A DNA stretch of 64,000 nucleotides from Pseudomonadota bacterium (lineage in GTDB: Bacteria > Pseudomonadota > Gammaproteobacteria > Steroidobacterales > Steroidobacteraceae), in NCBI GenBank assembly GCA_043748075.1, contig JAYTNX010000090.1, positions 2,457-66,456 on the forward strand, read 5' to 3'. Shown in pieces: positions 34,253 through 46,732 of this stretch. Positions within the stretch are counted from its first letter, which is position 1; each line of letters opens with the position of its first letter. The notes beneath the pieces are model-generated. The model worked only from the letters and a program-made list of their open reading frames with translations. It was not told where the DNA came from and made no database searches. Made by a program: the position numbers and the translations under genes.

Positions 34253-36709
34253 TCAGCGGAAGGGTTCCAGCGCCGCGCGCAGCTCGTCCATCGTCTGGTA
34301 GCGCGCTGTCTTGTCGACCGCCATGGCCTTGACGATCACGTCCGCCAGGGCCTGGGGCAGTGCCGGATTCACCTCACCCGGCTTGCGGGCCTTGCCTTGC
34401 ACGTGCTGGTACATCACGGCCATGTGGTCGCCGCGGGAATAGGGCGGCACGCCGGTCACCATCTCGTAGAGGATCACTCCGGTGGCGTAGATGTCGGCGC
34501 GCTGGTCGACCTTCTTGCCGAGGATCTGCTCAGGCGCCATGTATTTCGGCGAGCCGATCACGTAGCCGGTCTTGGTCAGCTGCGTGTCGCCCTCGCGCTG
34601 CGTGGCCGCCACGCCGAAGTCGACGATCTTCAGCAGGCCTTCGTCGTCGATCAGCACGTTGGCCGGCTTCAGGTCGCGGTGCACGATCCCTACCTGGTGC
34701 GCGACGGCCATGCCGACGCAGAGGTCGATGCCGAATCCGACGGCGCGCTTCAGGTCCATCGGCTTCTCGCCCACGATCTCCTGGCCTAGCGTGTGGGACT
34801 TGAAGTACTCCATCGAGATGGCGTAGTTGCCCTGGATGTACAGGAAATCGTAGATGCGGATGACGTTGCGGTGCGTGATCTTGCGCGAGAAGCGCAGCTC
34901 GTGGACGAAGCGCTTCATCATCTCCTCGTCCTGGGAGACGTTCGGGTTCAGGAACTTCAGGATCAGGCGGTCGTCGACCACCGTGTCCTCCATCAGCAGC
35001 ACGGTGCCGAATGCGCCCTTGCCGATCTTCTCGAGGAACTTGTAGCGACCCTCGATGAGGTCGCCCGGCTTGAGCATCGAAATGTCGAGCCGCTGCACGC
35101 CCGGCGCATCGGCGGCGCGCACCTGCCGTACGACTTCATCGTCGGGACGGATGGCGGTTCGCGCAGGCTCGACCGGGCGGGGGGCCGGATCGCGGGTGCT
35201 GCTGTCCTGCGAACCGGCGACCTGGCCGGAGGAGCGGTTGCCGCTCGGGTCGGCGACCTCGATCGCGCCGGTGGCGAAGCGGCGCTGAAGTTCCTCGAGC
35301 GCACCCGCCGCAGCCCGCGCCACCGTCGGGTCGCTGGTGGTATTGGCCTGCGACTCGAGCTGGATGCGGATGTGCTCGACGCGCTTATCGTCGGCGAGTC
35401 GCGCCAGGGCATGCACCACCTCGACCTGCACTTCCTTCTCCTTGCGCGACTGCATCACCGCAAGGATCGGGTCGATCGTCCGGTTGTCGCCGAGCTTGCC
35501 GAGCGCGCGCACCACGATCGGCAACGCCTTGGCGGGACCGCCCTGCAGCATCTCGAGCAGGCGCGGCACGGCCTTGCGACTACCGATCTCCGCGAGCGCG
35601 TCGACCGCCCGCTCGCTCACCCACCAGTCGCGGTCGCGGGTGGCATCGAGCAGCTGGTCGACGGCGCGTTCGTCCTTGGTCTGGTTCAGGATCTCGATGG
35701 CCGCCCGTCGAATGTCCTCGTCCGGATCCTTGATGAGCTGCAGCACCGCCTCGACGACTTTCGGCCCGCCGATCTTGCCGAGCGCGTCGGCAGCGCGCGA
35801 GCGCACCCACCAGTCGGCGTCGGCGATCGCCTCGAGCAGGTACTTGACCGATTTGGCGTCGCCGATTTCGTTGAGGACCTCGACTGCCGCGCGTCGCGCG
35901 CTCTCTTCGGGGTCCTTCATGACCTCGATCAGCAGCTTGATGGTGTCGGGATCGTTCGCCTTGATCACGACGTCGATGGCCTTGTTCTGCACGTCGATCT
36001 CGACGTCGCGCAGCAGCGGCACGACCTGGCTGACGTCGATCGGGCCGTCCATGCGCCCGAGTGCCGACAAGGCACCGGATCGGATCAGCTTGCTCGGGTC
36101 CTTCAACTGCGCGAGCAGCGAGGTGCGCACTTCGGGAAGGTTGAAGCGTCCGAGCGTGTTGATGACGTGCAGCCGGGCGATCTGGTCCTTGCTTTGCAGC
36201 CGACCGATGAGCTCGGGTACCGCCGCCGGCGTGGCGATGTCGGAGATGACGCGGAACAGCGCGGCCTTCTCGTTCGGCTGCTGGTTGTGCGCAGCCGTCA
36301 GCAGCTCGCGGACGCTGAAGCGGTCCTTCTGCGCGACGATGACATCCATGATCGCGGACTTCGGGACATCCGGCTTCGACAGCACATCGAGCAGCAGGTG
36401 CGGCGGATAGGCCCGGCTGTTCGTCATGGCCCACTTGATGCCCGAAACCACCCGCGGGCTACCCTCGACCATGGCCTGGATGAAGGTCTGGAAATTCTTC
36501 TGGGTGAGGATGCCGCAGAGCGCCTCGGTGAAGGCTGCGGTGGCTTCCTTGCTGGCGTCCGGCAGGGCGCCGAGGATCGGGTAGATCGCGTCCTCGCCGA
36601 TGTCGACGAGGCGCGCCACGGCCTTGCGGGACGGCGGCGAGTTTGGATCCGCGGTGGCACGGACTTCCGTGATGATGCGGTCCGCCCTAAGGTTCGAAAA
36701 GAATCCCAT
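34253..36709 (-). CDS. Cytoplasmic HEAT-repeat protein fused to a C-terminal Hanks-type Ser/Thr protein kinase (818 aa)
   Basis: I trimmed ORF 34253..37705 to ATG 36709 ('MGFFSNLRADR'). The N-terminal ~500 aa contain HEAT/PBS-lyase-type repeats, for example 'DADWWVRSRAADALGKIGGPKVVEAVLQLIKDPDEDIRRAAIEIL' and 'DRDWWVSERAVDALAEIGSRKAVPRLLEML'. Kinase motifs are 'IGKGAFGTV', 'LILKFL', 'HRDLKPANVL', 'VDFGVA' and 'SPKYMAPE'. I see no TM helix. Confidence 0.85.
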   Translation of the reverse strand: MGFFSNLRADRIITEVRATADPNSPPSRKAVARLVDIGEDAIYPILGALPDASKEATAAFTEALCGILTQKNFQTFIQAMVEGSPRVVSGIKWAMTNSRAYPPHLLLDVLSKPDVPKSAIMDVIVAQKDRFSVRELLTAAHNQQPNEKAALFRVISDIATPAAVPELIGRLQSKDQIARLHVINTLGRFNLPEVRTSLLAQLKDPSKLIRSGALSALGRMDGPIDVSQVVPLLRDVEIDVQNKAIDVVIKANDPDTIKLLIEVMKDPEESARRAAVEVLNEIGDAKSVKYLLEAIADADWWVRSRAADALGKIGGPKVVEAVLQLIKDPDEDIRRAAIEILNQTKDERAVDQLLDATRDRDWWVSERAVDALAEIGSRKAVPRLLEMLQGGPAKALPIVVRALGKLGDNRTIDPILAVMQSRKEKEVQVEVVHALARLADDKRVEHIRIQLESQANTTSDPTVARAAAGALEELQRRFATGAIEVADPSGNRSSGQVAGSQDSSTRDPAPRPVEPARTAIRPDDEVVRQVRAADAPGVQRLDISMLKPGDLIEGRYKFLEKIGKGAFGTVLLMEDTVVDDRLILKFLNPNVSQDEEMMKRFVHELRFSRKITHRNVIRIYDFLYIQGNYAISMEYFKSHTLGQEIVGEKPMDLKRAVGFGIDLCVGMAVAHQVGIVHRDLKPANVLIDDEGLLKIVDFGVAATQREGDTQLTKTGYVIGSPKYMAPEQILGKKVDQRADIYATGVILYEMVTGVPPYSRGDHMAVMYQHVQGKARKPGEVNPALPQALADVIVKAMAVDKTARYQTMDELRAALEPFR

Positions 36710-36853
36710 CAGAGCTCGCCCCAGACCCTCGCGGTACCGTCGAATTGCAGCCTCGAAGTATGCCACACGGGGTGCACGCGATTGGCGGCCTGCGCCCCGG
36801 CCGCACCTCGCTGGGATAGAATCGGCCCCCGCATTTTCCCTGGCCGCGCCGCA

Positions 36854-37951
36854 ATGCCCGTCGAGACCTCCGTGGCCGAATTCTCGGCCCTGCTGTCGAG
36901 CTATGTCGACCCTAACCTGCGTCAGTCGCTGGGCGAGGCGGCGGCCGTCGTCGGCATCGAGCGACAGGGCGCCGACCTGGGCGTCACGCTGGAGTTTGGC
37001 TTCCCGACTCTCGGCTACGAGTCCGAGGTGTCCGCCGCGCTTCGGGCGCACCTGGCAGCGGCTGGGCACGACGTGCCGGTCGTGGCCCGACTGCGTCCAA
37101 AGATTGCGGCGCACGCCGTGCAGCGCGGCCTCGCCCCTTTGGCGGGCATCCGTAACGTGGTGGCGGTTGCGTCGGGCAAGGGTGGCGTCGGCAAGTCGAC
37201 CGTCGCCGCGAATCTCGCGCTGGCCTGGGCCGCGCAGGGCGCGCGGGTGGGGTTGCTCGATGCCGACATCTACGGCCCCAGCCAGCCGATCATGCTCGGG
37301 CTCGCTGGCGAGCGGCCAGGCAGCATCGACGGCAAGCGGCTGCGACCGCTGGTTGCCCACGGGCTGGTCGCGATGTCGATCGGCTTCCTGGTCGACCCCG
37401 AGCAGCCGATGGTCTGGCGCGGTCCGATGGTCACCTCGGCGCTGAACCAGCTGCTGGCCGACACCGAGTGGGGCGAGCTCGACTACCTGGTCGTGGACAT
37501 GCCTCCGGGCACCGGCGACATCCAGCTGACGCTCTCGCAGCGCGTGCCGGTCGCTGGAGCGGTGATCGTCACGACGCCGCAGGACATCGCGCTCGCCGAT
37601 GCGCGCAAGGGCCTGCGGATGTTCGAGAAGGTCAACGTTCCGGTGCTCGGCATCGTCGAGAACATGAGCGTTCACGTGTGTGCGAATTGCGGCCATGTCG
37701 AGCATGTGTTCGGCAGCGGCGGCGGCGCGAAGATGGCGACGCAGTACGGGGTGCAGCTGCTGGGCGAGCTGCCGCTGGATGTGCGCATCCGCGAAGAGGC
37801 CGATGGTGGCCGCCCCACCGTGGTGGCCGCGCCCGGCACGCCGCGCGCTGCAGCCTACTTGCGCATGGCACGGCGTACCGCGGGCGAACTCGCGCGCCGT
37901 TCCCGCGACCGCGCCGGGATGTTCCCCAAGATCGTGATCGAGGAATCATGA
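36854..37951 (+). CDS. apbC: Fe-S cluster carrier ATPase ApbC/Mrp
   Basis: This is the C-terminal part of ORF 34793..37951, starting at ATG 36854. Supporting motifs are '[20 protein letters not shown]', '[10 protein letters not shown]' and 'CANCGH'. Confidence 0.92.
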   Translation: MPVETSVAEFSALLSSYVDPNLRQSLGEAAAVVGIERQGADLGVTLEFGFPTLGYESEVSAALRAHLAAAGHDVPVVARLRPKIAAHAVQRGLAPLAGIRNVVAVASGKGGVGKSTVAANLALAWAAQGARVGLLDADIYGPSQPIMLGLAGERPGSIDGKRLRPLVAHGLVAMSIGFLVDPEQPMVWRGPMVTSALNQLLADTEWGELDYLVVDMPPGTGDIQLTLSQRVPVAGAVIVTTPQDIALADARKGLRMFEKVNVPVLGIVENMSVHVCANCGHVEHVFGSGGGAKMATQYGVQLLGELPLDVRIREEADGGRPTVVAAPGTPRAAAYLRMARRTAGELARRSRDRAGMFPKIVIEES

Positions 37952-38514
37952 GCATCAAATCCGACCACTGGATCCGCCGCATGGCGGCCTCGCAGGCGAT
38001 GATCGAGCCGTTCGCGGCCGGCCAGGTGCGCGAGGTCGACGGCCAGCGGATCATCTCCTACGGCACCTCGAGCTATGGCTACGACGTGCGCTGCGCGAAC
38101 GAGTTCAAGGTGTTCACCAACATCAACTCGACCATCGTCGACCCCAAGCGCTTCGACGAGAAGAGCTTCGTCGACATCGTCGCCGACGTGTGCATCATCC
38201 CGCCGAATTCGTTCGCGCTGGCGCGCACGGTGGAGTATCTGCGCATCCCGCGCAGCGTGCTGACGGTGTGTCTCGGCAAGTCCACTTACGCGCGCTGCGG
38301 CATCATCGTCAACGTGACGCCGCTCGAGCCGGAATGGGAGGGGCACGTGACGCTCGAGTTCTCGAACACCACGCCACTGCCCGCGCGGATCTACGCGCAC
38401 GAGGGCGTGGCGCAGATGCTGTTCTTCGAGAGCGACGAGGTGTGCGCGACCTCGTACCGCGATCGCGGCGGGAAGTACCAGGGCCAGAAGGGCGTCACCC
38501 TGCCCAAGACCTGA
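37948..38514 (+). CDS. dcd: dCTP deaminase
   Basis: The ATG forms an ATGA overlap with the apbC stop. '[13 protein letters not shown]...[21 protein letters not shown]...[35 protein letters not shown]' is near-identical in pattern to the pseudomonad Dcd as I recall it. Confidence 0.95.
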   Translation: MSIKSDHWIRRMAASQAMIEPFAAGQVREVDGQRIISYGTSSYGYDVRCANEFKVFTNINSTIVDPKRFDEKSFVDIVADVCIIPPNSFALARTVEYLRIPRSVLTVCLGKSTYARCGIIVNVTPLEPEWEGHVTLEFSNTTPLPARIYAHEGVAQMLFFESDEVCATSYRDRGGKYQGQKGVTLPKT

Positions 38515-38530
38515 ACGGCGCGCCCTCGCC

Positions 38531-39313
38531 TCAGCGGTCCAGCTTGACCAGGCGCATCGACCACTCGAGCTTCTTGCCGTCGCGTCGCTCGGCTTTCACG
38601 GGCGAATAGCCGAGCGACGGCGCGTACCACACGCGTGTGACACGATCGGAGCCAGGTCGACGACTCGACCAGATCACCGTATCCAGCGGCCCCACTGCGG
38701 TGTCGAGCCGGGCGCTGCCATCGTCCGCGTAGAGATATTCCTTGATCCGGTTCTTGTCGACCAGCGTGTAGGTGGTGGGTGTTCGACCCTCCAGCAGGTC
38801 GACGATCACGGCGATCTGTACCGACATGATGTCCTGGACGCCGGGCTGCAGCGGCAGGTCGACCGGCTGGGTTTCAGCGGTGCCACTGACGCGCTGCTGC
38901 GCCCAGTCGAAGTCGAGCGCGATGTCGCGCCGCGAATCCGCCGAGCCATCGTCGCCGCGATAGCTCAGCGGGCGAACCCCGGCGGCTTCGATCCGCAACC
39001 GGCTGGTCTGGATCAGTTCGCCCGGCAACACTGCGCGGAACATGCCGCGCGCGCTGTTGCGCGAAATGTAGGTGAAATGCCCCGCCGCCTGGCGTGTCAG
39101 TTCGAGCGAGGCGCTGGCGGCATTCATCCCGCGCCACTCGAGCACGAATTCGGCCTTGAACGGGCGCAGCTTGCCGTCATTGCCGGTGGCTGCTTCCAGG
39201 CCGATCGCGGCGTCGGCGCAGTGCACGGCCAGGGCGAGGCCCAGGCCCCAGAGCAGGGCGGCGATACGCCGCGCCGCAGGCCGTGGCGGGAAAGAATCAG
39301 CTCTCGAGAACAT
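38531..39313 (-). CDS. DUF3108-family periplasmic/outer-membrane-associated protein
   Basis: I trimmed ORF 38531..39391 to ATG 39313, which overlaps purN by 17 nt. The signal peptide is 'RRIAALLWGLGLALAVHCADA'. The protein is rich in beta-strand-like sequence and sits downstream of purN, the usual position for DUF3108 genes. The family name is from memory. Confidence 0.6.
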   Translation of the reverse strand: MFSRADSFPPRPAARRIAALLWGLGLALAVHCADAAIGLEAATGNDGKLRPFKAEFVLEWRGMNAASASLELTRQAAGHFTYISRNSARGMFRAVLPGELIQTSRLRIEAAGVRPLSYRGDDGSADSRRDIALDFDWAQQRVSGTAETQPVDLPLQPGVQDIMSVQIAVIVDLLEGRTPTTYTLVDKNRIKEYLYADDGSARLDTAVGPLDTVIWSSRRPGSDRVTRVWYAPSLGYSPVKAERRDGKKLEWSMRLVKLDR

Positions 39314-39965
39314 CGCAATCCTCCACCCATGGCGCGGCCAGCGGCACTCCATCGAGTACGGCGCCCGCGGCGCCGCAATGCAGCCTTCCACTCACGAACC
39401 ACTGCACTGCCGTCGGATAAATGATGTGTTCGCAACGCTGAACCCGGGCTGAAAGCGAGGCGACGTCGTCGTCCGCCCGCACGGGCACCCGGCCCTGCAG
39501 CACCACCGGCCCGCCATCGAGTTCGGTCGTCACGAAATGGACACTCGCGCCGTGTTCGCGTTCGCCCGCAGACAGAACTTTCTGGTGGGTTCCCAGCCCC
39601 TTGTGACGCGGCAGCAGCGACGGGTGGATGTTCAGCACGCGACCCGCGTAGGCCGCGACGAACGCCGGTCCGAGCACCCGCATGAATCCCGCGAGCACCA
39701 GCAGCTGTGGGTCGTGGGCGTCGATCGTGTGCCGCAGCGCGGACTCGAACGCGTCGCGATCGTCGTGGCACTCCCTGGCCACGGTCACCGCCGGCAGCCC
39801 GAGCGAGCGCGCCAGGGCGAGCCCCGGCGCAGTCCCGCGGTCGGCCACCACGACGGCGATGTCCGCCTCGATCTCGCCAGTGATGCAGCGCCGCGCGATT
39901 GCCGCCATGTTGCTGCCGCGGCCGGAAAGCAGGACCGCGATGCGCGGCCGCGCCGCGCGGCTCAC
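39297..39965 (-). CDS. purN: Phosphoribosylglycinamide formyltransferase
   Basis: GTG start forming a GTGA overlap with the purM stop. Supporting motifs are '[12 protein letters not shown]', '[10 protein letters not shown]', '[13 protein letters not shown]' and '[11 protein letters not shown]'. Confidence 0.92.
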   Translation of the reverse strand: MSRAARPRIAVLLSGRGSNMAAIARRCITGEIEADIAVVVADRGTAPGLALARSLGLPAVTVARECHDDRDAFESALRHTIDAHDPQLLVLAGFMRVLGPAFVAAYAGRVLNIHPSLLPRHKGLGTHQKVLSAGEREHGASVHFVTTELDGGPVVLQGRVPVRADDDVASLSARVQRCEHIIYPTAVQWFVSGRLHCGAAGAVLDGVPLAAPWVEDCDVLES

Positions 39966-41005
39966 CGAAACGTCACGCCCGCCGTGCCCTCGCGGACCGT
40001 GCCGATGCGCGTTGCCCGCTCACCGCGTGCCTGCAGCAGCGCGAGCGCCGCGGCCTCGTGTTCGGCGGGTATGACCGCGACCATGCCGATGCCACAGTTG
40101 AACGTGCGATGCATCTCCTCGTCGGCGATGCGCCCGGACTGCTGCAGCCAGTCGAACACCGGATCGCGCCGCCAGGCGCTGCGCTCGAGTAGCACTTCGA
40201 GCCCGGCAGGGATCACACGCGGAATGTTGTCGGTCAGCCCGCCGCCGGTGATGTGCGCGAAGCCCCGCACCGGCAGCGCCTGCGCCAGTGCCAGCATCGA
40301 CTTCACGTAGATGCGGGTCGGCGCCAACAGCCGCTCGAGCAGCGGCCGGCCATCGACCTGCGTGTCCGCGCCAGTGCCGACACCGGCGTCGGCCAGTACG
40401 CGGCGAATCAGCGAATAGCCGTTGGAATGCGGCCCGGACGAGGCCAGCCCGAGCACGGCGTCGCCGGCACGAACGTGGCGGCCGTCGATGATGCCGGTCT
40501 TTTCGACGACGCCGACACAGAAACCGGCGAGGTCGTAGTCTGCGCCGTGATACATGCCGGGCATTTCGGCGGTCTCGCCGCCGACCAGGGCGCAGCCGGC
40601 CTGGACGCAGCCTTCGACGATACCGCGGATCACGCTCTCCGCAACCGCCACCGACAGCTTGCCGGTGGCGTAGTAGTCGAGGAAGAACAGCGGCTCGGCG
40701 CCCTGCACGGCGACGTCGTTGACGCACATCGCGACGAGGTCGATGCCGATCGTGTCGTGGCGGCCGCAGTCGATCGCCAGGCGCAACTTGGTGCCCACGC
40801 CATCCGTGCCCGACACCAGCACTGGGCGTTTCCAGCGGCCTTCGGGTAGCTCGACCAGGGCGCCGAAACCACCGATGCCCGCGAGCACCTCGGGCCGGTG
40901 GGCGCGCTTTACGAGCGGCTTGATCCGGCTGACCAGGTCTTCGCCGGCATCGATGTCGACGCCTGCATCCCGATAGGTGAGGTTGGGGCCCGGTGTAGCA
41001 GTCAT
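39962..41005 (-). CDS. purM: Phosphoribosylformylglycinamidine cyclo-ligase (AIR synthetase)
   Basis: I trimmed ORF 39962..41047 to ATG 41005. Supporting sequences are '[13 protein letters not shown]', '[10 protein letters not shown]', '[10 protein letters not shown]' and '[11 protein letters not shown]'. Confidence 0.93.
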   Translation of the reverse strand: MTATPGPNLTYRDAGVDIDAGEDLVSRIKPLVKRAHRPEVLAGIGGFGALVELPEGRWKRPVLVSGTDGVGTKLRLAIDCGRHDTIGIDLVAMCVNDVAVQGAEPLFFLDYYATGKLSVAVAESVIRGIVEGCVQAGCALVGGETAEMPGMYHGADYDLAGFCVGVVEKTGIIDGRHVRAGDAVLGLASSGPHSNGYSLIRRVLADAGVGTGADTQVDGRPLLERLLAPTRIYVKSMLALAQALPVRGFAHITGGGLTDNIPRVIPAGLEVLLERSAWRRDPVFDWLQQSGRIADEEMHRTFNCGIGMVAVIPAEHEAAALALLQARGERATRIGTVREGTAGVTFR

Positions 41006-41130
41006 GAAGCCATCCGCGGAAGGTGGGGCAGCCAGAGACGAGGCCACGGTATGGTATTGTACGGAATGGCGACGGTGAGCGGCTTCCCGAGCTCGAAGGG
41101 CCTCTGCCCGGCCGCAATCCGGCTCCGCCC

Positions 41131-42093
41131 ATGAACCTCAAACCTACCCTCGCGGGGCTATGGGCCGCGGTCCTGGCCGCCGTCGTTGCTGCTGCGATCG
41201 GCAGCCCGGAGGTTCGCGCGCTGCAGCCCGTGCGCACTGGCGAGGTCATCGTAGCGGCCGTCGACCAGAATGGCGCGTTCCAGGAGGCCATGCGCGTCGC
41301 GCTGGTGCGCATCACCGGTCGGCGCGACGCCGACCAGGATCCGGCGCTCGCGCCGCTGATCGCCGACGCGCGGCGCTTCGTGCAGATCTTCCGGCCAGCG
41401 CCGGGTGGCTCTGGCACCCTGGTCACCCTCGACGCCGCAGCCATCGAACGCGCGGTGACGGCCGCCGGACGCGGCACCTGGCCGCGCGAGCGGCCCGTGG
41501 CGCTGGTGGTCATCTTGCAGGCGCCGCCGGGCGCCGACGCCGCGGCCGTGCGCCGGGCGATCGAGGACACCGCCAGCCACCGCGGTCTGCCTGTGGTGCT
41601 CGCCTCGGCGCAGTCCGCCGGGCTCGGCGTGGCGTCCGAGGGTGACGCGGCCTTGTCGGCCGCGCGCCGCCTCGGGGCCGATGTCGCGCTGGTCGGGCAG
41701 GCCGATCCCGGCGACGCGTCGCTGTGGCGCTGGACCTACTTCGGCGTCGGCACCACCGAGTCGTTTTCCGGGGCCGTGTCATCGGGCGTCCACGGCACCG
41801 CGGACCGTCTCGCCGCGGCCACCGAGGCGACGCTGCAGCGGCCCGAACAGGATGCGCTGGTGCAGGTGTCCGGCGTGGCCAGTCTGCGCGACTATGCGCA
41901 GGTATCGCGACTGCTGGCGTCGAGCACCGGTGTGCGTTCGGTGACGCTGCTCGAGTCCAGCAACGGGGTCGCCGTCTATCGGGTACTCGCTCGCGGCGGC
42001 GGTGATGGGCTCGCCGCGGCGCTGGCGGCGCATGCGCGGCTTCTTCCGGCCACGGACGCCTCGGGACGGCTCGCGTACCAGTTCCAGCCCTGA
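41131..42093 (+). CDS. DUF2066-family secreted protein
   Basis: I trimmed ORF 41023..42093 to ATG 41131. The signal peptide is '[24 protein letters not shown]'. It is divergent from purM, the usual position for DUF2066 genes. The family name is from memory. Confidence 0.55.
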   Translation: MNLKPTLAGLWAAVLAAVVAAAIGSPEVRALQPVRTGEVIVAAVDQNGAFQEAMRVALVRITGRRDADQDPALAPLIADARRFVQIFRPAPGGSGTLVTLDAAAIERAVTAAGRGTWPRERPVALVVILQAPPGADAAAVRRAIEDTASHRGLPVVLASAQSAGLGVASEGDAALSAARRLGADVALVGQADPGDASLWRWTYFGVGTTESFSGAVSSGVHGTADRLAAATEATLQRPEQDALVQVSGVASLRDYAQVSRLLASSTGVRSVTLLESSNGVAVYRVLARGGGDGLAAALAAHARLLPATDASGRLAYQFQP

Positions 42094-42100
42094 CGCCGGC

Positions 42101-42655
42101 ATGCTGCGGCACCTCCCCAACCTGATCTGCGTCGCACGCATCGCACTGGTGTGGCCGATCGTTGCGGCGCTGCTGCAGGGCCGCTACGATTTCGCGCTCA
42201 TCCTGTTCGTCGTGGCCGCCGTCTCCGACGGTGTCGACGGCTTCCTCGCGAAGCGTTTCAACTGGACTTCGCAGCTCGGCAAATTTCTCGACCCGCTGGC
42301 CGACAAGCTGCTGCTGGTGGCGGTGTTCCTCAGCGGGTCCTGGGTGGGTCTGGTGCCGTGGTGGCTGGCGGCAGCGGCGATCGCGCGCGATCTGGTCATC
42401 GGCGGCGGCGCGTTGATCTTCCGGCTGTGGTTCGGGCCACTGCACGGCCGGCCGACCCTGCTTTCCAAGGTCAACACGGCGCTGCAGATCCTGTATCTGG
42501 CGGCCGCGATCCTCTTCGCGGCCCACGGGTTGCCACCCCGCGAGGTGCTCGCCGCGCTGGCGATCGCGACCCTGGTCAGCACGCTCGCGTCGGGTGCCGA
42601 CTACACGGCGCGCTTCGCGCGCCGCGCGTGGACCCTGCCCGCACGGGGCGGCTGA
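42101..42655 (+). CDS. Small CDP-alcohol phosphatidyltransferase-family membrane protein (184 aa)
   Basis: I trimmed ORF 42002..42655 to ATG 42101. The motif 'SDGVDGFLAKRFNWTSQLGKFLDPLADK' fits DGx2AR...Gx3Dx3D. About 5 TM helices are predicted. Confidence 0.8.
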   Translation: MLRHLPNLICVARIALVWPIVAALLQGRYDFALILFVVAAVSDGVDGFLAKRFNWTSQLGKFLDPLADKLLLVAVFLSGSWVGLVPWWLAAAAIARDLVIGGGALIFRLWFGPLHGRPTLLSKVNTALQILYLAAAILFAAHGLPPREVLAALAIATLVSTLASGADYTARFARRAWTLPARGG

Positions 42656-42672
42656 GCGTCGCGGCGCCGCCA

Positions 42673-43978
<1,306 letters not shown>

Positions 43979-43986
43979 CTACGCCG

Positions 43987-44262
43987 ATGGTCGCGCGCCG
44001 CTGTTTCGTCTCCGGGAGGGTGCAGGGCGTGTTCTATCGCGGCAGCGCGCAGCAACGGGCCCGCGAACTCGGCATCACCGGCTATGCCAACAACCTCGTC
44101 GACGGCCGCGTCGAGGTGTTGGCCGTCGGTGAGCTCGAGTCCGTCGAGCGTTTCCTCGTCTGGCTGTGGCAGGGCTCGACGACCTCGCGCGTCACCGGCG
44201 TCGAGGTGGTGGAACTGGACCCCGGCGAGGTTCAGCGGCCGGCGGGCTTCTTCACGGTTTGA
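43987..44262 (+). CDS. acyP: Acylphosphatase
   Basis: This is the C-terminal part of ORF 43687..44262, starting at ATG 43987. Signatures are 'VSGRVQGVFYRGS' and 'GYANNLVDGRVEV'. Confidence 0.88.
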   Translation: MVARRCFVSGRVQGVFYRGSAQQRARELGITGYANNLVDGRVEVLAVGELESVERFLVWLWQGSTTSRVTGVEVVELDPGEVQRPAGFFTV

Positions 44263-44876
44263 CCCGGAGGCAGCCCGAGGTCGTCCGCACCGTTCCAGCG
44301 CGTCCAGCGGCCGATCACCATGTCCGAGTACCAGCGTCGCCCGACGCTGCCGTTGTAGCGCGCCAGCGCCTTGGCGACGTCGTTGCGTTCGCGCTTGAGG
44401 TAGTAGCGGAAGATCGCGGTGCCCATGCGGATGTTTTCCGGCACCTGCACGAGCTGGAAACGGCGCATGCCGAGTTGCTCGGGCCAGAACGGCATCACCT
44501 GCATCAGGCCGACCGCACCGGCGGGGGACACGGCCCAGCGGTCGAAGCGGCTTTCGGTGTCGATCAGGGCCATCACGAGCCCCGGCGGCAAGCGCGCCTC
44601 GCCGGCGCGATGCGCCTCGCAGAACACATGCTTGAGGATGAGGATCCGCTCGTCGCGATCCTTCACGACGCGCCGCAGTCGCGGCTCCATCATCTTGTAC
44701 CAGACCTCGGCTTCGAACTCGTCGGGAAAGCACTCGGCCTCGGCAATCGCGTTCTGCACGATGGCGCGCAGTTCGGGGTCGCGCTGCTGGTCAGCGTGCA
44801 CCGGCATCGGCCACCCCACCAGCAGCAGCGACAGGGCCGACGCCAGGGCCAGTGCAGCGGTCGCGCGGGTCGCCAT
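44232..44876 (-). CDS. Lytic transglycosylase (SLT domain), secreted
   Basis: The signal peptide is 'MATRATAALALASALSLLLVGWPMPVHA'. The catalytic region is 'ALIDTESRFDRWAVSPAGAVGLMQVMP' followed by 'ALARYNGS'. Confidence 0.85.
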   Translation of the reverse strand: MATRATAALALASALSLLLVGWPMPVHADQQRDPELRAIVQNAIAEAECFPDEFEAEVWYKMMEPRLRRVVKDRDERILILKHVFCEAHRAGEARLPPGLVMALIDTESRFDRWAVSPAGAVGLMQVMPFWPEQLGMRRFQLVQVPENIRMGTAIFRYYLKRERNDVAKALARYNGSVGRRWYSDMVIGRWTRWNGADDLGLPPGQTVKKPAGR

Positions 44877-44892
44877 CGTTCGCGGCGCGACG

Positions 44893-46608
<1,716 letters not shown>

Positions 46609-46732
46609 GCGAGCCTTGGGGGCAGTGAGGGTGCGACATGTTAAGGAAGCGCGCGCAGGGTGTCATGGCCCGCGCATCGGGCGTTGTGAGCTCGGGTCGC
46701 CAACCCCTACTATGAGGGTCTTCCTCCCATCG

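Noticed and set aside
36817-36822. TAGAAT hexamer 32 nt upstream of the apbC ATG, considered as its -10 box.
   Set aside because: No acceptable -35 lies at 16-18 nt spacing; the closest TTGGCG is 29 nt away. This is too weak to report as a feature.
34793-36853. The N-terminal ~690 aa of the 1052-aa plus-strand ORF 34793..37951.
   Set aside because: Only the last 365 codons (from ATG 36854) match ApbC/Mrp. The upstream part is antisense to the HEAT::kinase gene and has typical shadow-ORF composition.
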